Shown here one piece after another: positions 60,245 to 64,000 of a stretch of DNA of 64,000 bases. The number at the start of each line of letters is the position of its first letter. Position 1 is the first letter of the stretch. Origin of the DNA: Pseudogymnoascus verrucosus. Taxonomy: Eukaryota. The notes under the pieces were generated by a model. It was given only the letters and a program-made list of their open reading frames with translations. It was not told the origin of the DNA and ran no database searches. The stretch lies in NCBI GenBank assembly GCA_001662655.1, contig KV460246.1; one strand, given 5' to 3'. Position numbers and translations under genes: made by a program.

Positions 60245-62242
60245 TTATAGATCTTTATTATAAACATAAACCGGCATCGAGTCCTCCCACATGCTGTCAG
60301 TGACCAACGTCTTATTCGACCCATCCGCATTCATCACCACGATCTGTCCATACGGCTGGAAGGTATTATCGTAATTGACGCACTCTTCACGGAATCCGTA
60401 CATGCCACTGGTATACATGATGCGCCCGTCCGCAGACCAAGCGGCATGTGCATCATTCGCACCGCTCGTGGTGAGCTGCGTGAGACCCGTTCCGTCAGGG
60501 GCGATGGTATAGATGTCGAAGCTATCAGTCGCTCCAAGATCCTCCCAGTTAATGTGATTGCGGCGGGTAAAGACGATGCGCTCTCCGTCTGGTGACCAGC
60601 CTGGGTTGTTGTCCCAGTCTTCTGTGAGATTCCTGGTCATCCTGTCAGCGAGATTCAGTATGCGTAGTCCCAGACCTCCCTCTGGCCCGAAATCACGGTA
60701 TACGAGCTGTGTTCCATCGGGTGAGAAGCTGGGGAAGCCGGAATTCACCTCGCCGGGGATGCCGAAGGTGAGTTGTTCTGAATAGGAGCCGTTCGCAGCA
60801 GCTCTGTAGATCCATCCACCAGAGAAAGCACGCTGGAAAAACCAACTTCCTGCACCGACAGCAATCCATTCGCCGTCTGGTGACCATGTAGGCTGGAAGG
60901 CACCAGCTAAACCCTTAGCAGTATCATCAGGATCAATGTTGTCTGTCGAGAAGACAAGCTTTAAGTCTGTTCCGTCAGGATTCATAGTCACAACAGACGA
61001 ATTGCCAAGCTGCTTTTGCGTAATAGCTAAGATGCCCTGGTTTGATAGGGTTGGAAACACATCAGTGAAGCGGTATTCCCAGTCGCCATCCCAGCTGTAT
61101 AGTGGCTTCTCCATGGGACGATTGGGCGCTTCGAGCTGCTTCTCGTAGACTACTGTTGAGCCGTCTGGTGACCAGGAGGGATTGCGCATTGCACCCAGCA
61201 CGGCAGTGTAGTTTTCGTTGGTAGAGGTATATTTAAGCCCTTCATTTGTGCCACCTTTGGCGCCGAAGCCAACAACATCCGCTGTAACCCATTGTGCAGA
61301 AACTTTGCATCCAGAGCCCGAGGTGTGGTAGATATAATCAGTTCCAGTGGCGACGTCGACAGATGCAATCTGCGAGGTAGTATCGCCTACCGACTGGGTG
61401 TGAGAATTGTATGTGTCTTCTCTCGTTATTTCATAAAAGAGGATGCGCGAGCAATCTGGAGACCATTTTGGCGAACCGAGAGAGTAGTTTTCCTTGGTAA
61501 CAAGCTGCTTGAAGTCTGTCCCGTCGGGCCTTATAAGATAGATTGAAAGGGTTTGTGTATGCTCCCAGCCAGTTCCGTTGCTATGTCCTGTCCAGCCTGT
61601 ATTGCGATCGGAGGAAAAGGCGATCCATTCTCCATTTGGTGACCAGCTGGGACGGAAATGGCCAGTTGGACTAGTGGTATCTGCAGCGGTAGAAGCTGTA
61701 TTCGTCAGGTTGAAGGCTTCCCCAGTCTCGATATTCTTCAGCCATATATTTGTTGTAAAGTTTCCCCGTGTAGACACATAGGCCAGCAGGCGGCCGTCTG
61801 GAGAAAGCACACCGGCATCCTCAAAGGAGGGTGTTGCAACCAGTTCCTCTAACCCAGAGCCGTCCTTCCGAACGCGATATATATCCGACTGACCATCTCC
61901 ACCGCGCTCACTAGTGAAGGTGATCCATTCACCGTCGGGAGAGAAAGACGCATGGTACTCAAACGCAGCGTCACTATCGGATAGCAGCTGGCGTTCGTTG
62001 CTGCCGTTTGCGTCAGCTAGATACAAGACCGAACTTGAAGGAGCGATCCTGTTCATGAACATGACACCCAACTTTCCCCCAGTAGCCGGGCCGCGATGAA
62101 AGGAGGCTCCCGAAGCCACGTGAGAGGTTTCTCTCTCCGCATACGGGCAACCTCCTTTCTTGGTCGACGTTGACGCATAGGGGCAGATAGCCAGGGCTTG
62201 TCCCACGGCAAAGCCAAGAAGTGACACTGTGGAAAGACGCAT
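60245..62242 (-). CDS. Secreted TolB-like PD40 beta-propeller protein, intronless
   Basis: Signal peptide and about nine (P)xWSPDGxxIxF repeats. Confidence 0.88.
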   Translation of the reverse strand: MRLSTVSLLGFAVGQALAICPYASTSTKKGGCPYAERETSHVASGASFHRGPATGGKLGVMFMNRIAPSSSVLYLADANGSNERQLLSDSDAAFEYHASFSPDGEWITFTSERGGDGQSDIYRVRKDGSGLEELVATPSFEDAGVLSPDGRLLAYVSTRGNFTTNIWLKNIETGEAFNLTNTASTAADTTSPTGHFRPSWSPNGEWIAFSSDRNTGWTGHSNGTGWEHTQTLSIYLIRPDGTDFKQLVTKENYSLGSPKWSPDCSRILFYEITREDTYNSHTQSVGDTTSQIASVDVATGTDYIYHTSGSGCKVSAQWVTADVVGFGAKGGTNEGLKYTSTNENYTAVLGAMRNPSWSPDGSTVVYEKQLEAPNRPMEKPLYSWDGDWEYRFTDVFPTLSNQGILAITQKQLGNSSVVTMNPDGTDLKLVFSTDNIDPDDTAKGLAGAFQPTWSPDGEWIAVGAGSWFFQRAFSGGWIYRAAANGSYSEQLTFGIPGEVNSGFPSFSPDGTQLVYRDFGPEGGLGLRILNLADRMTRNLTEDWDNNPGWSPDGERIVFTRRNHINWEDLGATDSFDIYTIAPDGTGLTQLTTSGANDAHAAWSADGRIMYTSGMYGFREECVNYDNTFQPYGQIVVMNADGSNKTLVTDSMWEDSMPVYVYNKDL

Positions 62243-63436
62243 TTTCTTTCTCCGAGTGATGCAACAAGAACGAGAGACGAGGTCTACTTACTAGCAATAG
62301 AGGTCCAATGGATCTCATATATACTCCGTATGCGCTTAAACAAGAAACCCCCACCAGACGCGTGGATGTTAGACCCTGCGCTTTATATGGCCAAATATTC
62401 ATGTAGCGTCCGGAGTATTGCCAAGTAAGGAAGTTATCTGCCGATCGAAGGGAGGTGTTTTAGCAAAGATGGCACTATAGTATGCAAGGCACTTTAAACC
62501 AGACAGGGCTAAGCATTTCTACTAAGCCTATAGCATTGCGCAAAAACTAAACGCTGCATTAACTGCACTTTTAAACCTAGAACGCGATTTGTGGTCCGCT
62601 GTATTACCAGGACATATCGCCGAAAATTAGCTCATTTTAGGGTCCAAGGGTCCAAGGGTCCACTGGGAATGCGCTATTATTTAGAGTTCAAGGTTAGCTC
62701 CCCACAGTGGCTATTGTGGAGAGCTAAGGACACTGGCTGTTTTACATATCGTAGTTGTGTGGGGACGATGGTTATTGGCCTCCAGCAATTAGCCATAGTG
62801 TTGGAAATTCTAAGGAGCGCCGTGGGATTTCAGCATAACTGTATAAATTTGATGTTGTTCCCGTAATTCGGTATTTGCCTAATTGGTAGGCATCTGTGAT
62901 CTAGGTATGTGGCGAGTTTCGGGTTACAGCTCGCTGGCGTTGATATCCATAACAACTAGGTCATCAGCAGCACGTAGTGTAAGCTCCTATTCATTAACCA
63001 AGGCAACATATAGGCAGGCACCTCGCTGAAATGTATATAGATAGAACTCCATCTCTATGCAGTACTATTTCGGGCCCGATTCATAGGTGGAAGGAATAGC
63101 TGTCGGAGATAATATTACGATCAGATCCATGACAAGTGGGCGACAAGCAATTGCCATAACAAAGGCAGTTGGCGGAGCTGCTGTTCGAAGGGAAAGACTC
63201 CAAAACACTCAGAGTACGAATCATTATTGCTATCACTTTTAAGGGAAGCCTCGGCGTGGATATCTGTTGTTATTTCGTCGATCAGCTTCCAAGGCAGGGG
63301 CAATGAACCCTAAACACTCCTGATATTTATCATATTTGAGAGACGTCCCCAAGGCACGTTCTTTCTAGCTACTACTGTACGAATCCCAAAGGTTCTCGTT
63401 AAGCCTACGTACCAACTACAGCATGCAAGTACTCTA

Positions 63437-64000
63437 TCACCACACTCGGTCTCTGATCCATCCCTTAATCCCCTCGACATTCACCCCTATAGACTCTCTT
63501 GCCTCCAAAAACGGCAGAAAGACTTCCTTCACAATAACCTCAGGATCTAACTTAGTCAGCCATCCTCCTTCTTGGTTGGGGATTATAGGCTGAACCACCA
63601 ATGGCTGTCCTACTAAAATATTATGCTCGCTAGTTAGAACTTGAGAGAACTGATCTGTCAGGTTCTGCGACGCGGACTTTGCAGCAGACAGCGACGAGTA
63701 CGACGGCATTGGGTTTTTATCCAAAACTCCTCCTGTCACGAGGAGTAGTGGATACTCCCCTGTTGGGATATGGTCTTTGTTGGCGTGCTTTGGGAACCAT
63801 TGGCCAGCGACCAATAGACCGACAGCGGCGATCTTGAAGTCGGCTGTCAGGACTTCAGGAGTAAGACTCATAAGGTCAGTTGGTCCGACGACAGCAGCGT
63901 TGTATCATAGGACGTCAACTTTGCCATCTAATTGAGACGCTGCCCAGTCGAGAGCTGAGAGGATGCTCGAGGGGTCCGATGCGTCGGTTGTGCGGATGAG
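63437..64000 (-). pseudogene. SDR-like gene, 5'-truncated by the window edge, with an in-frame TGA
   Basis: The frame reads ...DASDPSSILSALDWAASQLDGKVDVL*YNAAVV...LLLVTGG...YSSLSAAKSASQNL, with TGA at 63905-63907. Confidence 0.7.

Noticed and set aside
63905..63907. In-frame TGA as selenocysteine or programmed readthrough
   Set aside because: Ascomycetes are not known to use Sec, and no SECIS is evident; a nonsense mutation or sequencing error is more likely.
1..64000. tRNA, rRNA, TPP riboswitch, CRISPR array or intact transposon
   Set aside because: No cloverleaf/T-loop context, riboswitch core, repeat-spacer array, or transposase/RT ORF was recognised by eye; tRNAscan/Infernal would be needed to exclude them fully.

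Overview
This is a 64 kb piece of an intron-containing filamentous ascomycete chromosome. Intron style and gene content suggest a Leotiomycete, possibly Pseudogymnoascus, but that is inference only. Conserved genes: ACO2, a CEX1/SCYL1-like pseudokinase, DRE2, an STF2/TMA10-like protein, KEX1, SFM1, an IGO1/endosulfine, MYG1, ICE2, SPC25 and RRN6. Three accessory islands interrupt them. (1) 14.3-29.2 kb holds APH-kinase pseudogenes, a compact trio of secreted GMC oxidase, CFEM/PTH11-like receptor and heme-thiolate peroxygenase, and a tandem array of four small secreted six-Cys protein genes. That array is not visible in the ORF track; one copy is intact and three are damaged. (2) 32.7-40.3 kb holds an SDR, an MFS permease and an F-box/LRR-like gene, embedded in degenerate local duplications. 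(3) 58.9-64 kb holds an SDR, a secreted TolB-like beta-propeller and an SDR pseudogene. I recognised no tRNA, rRNA, CRISPR array or intact transposon. Exon boundaries were read by eye from GT/AG and branch-point signals.
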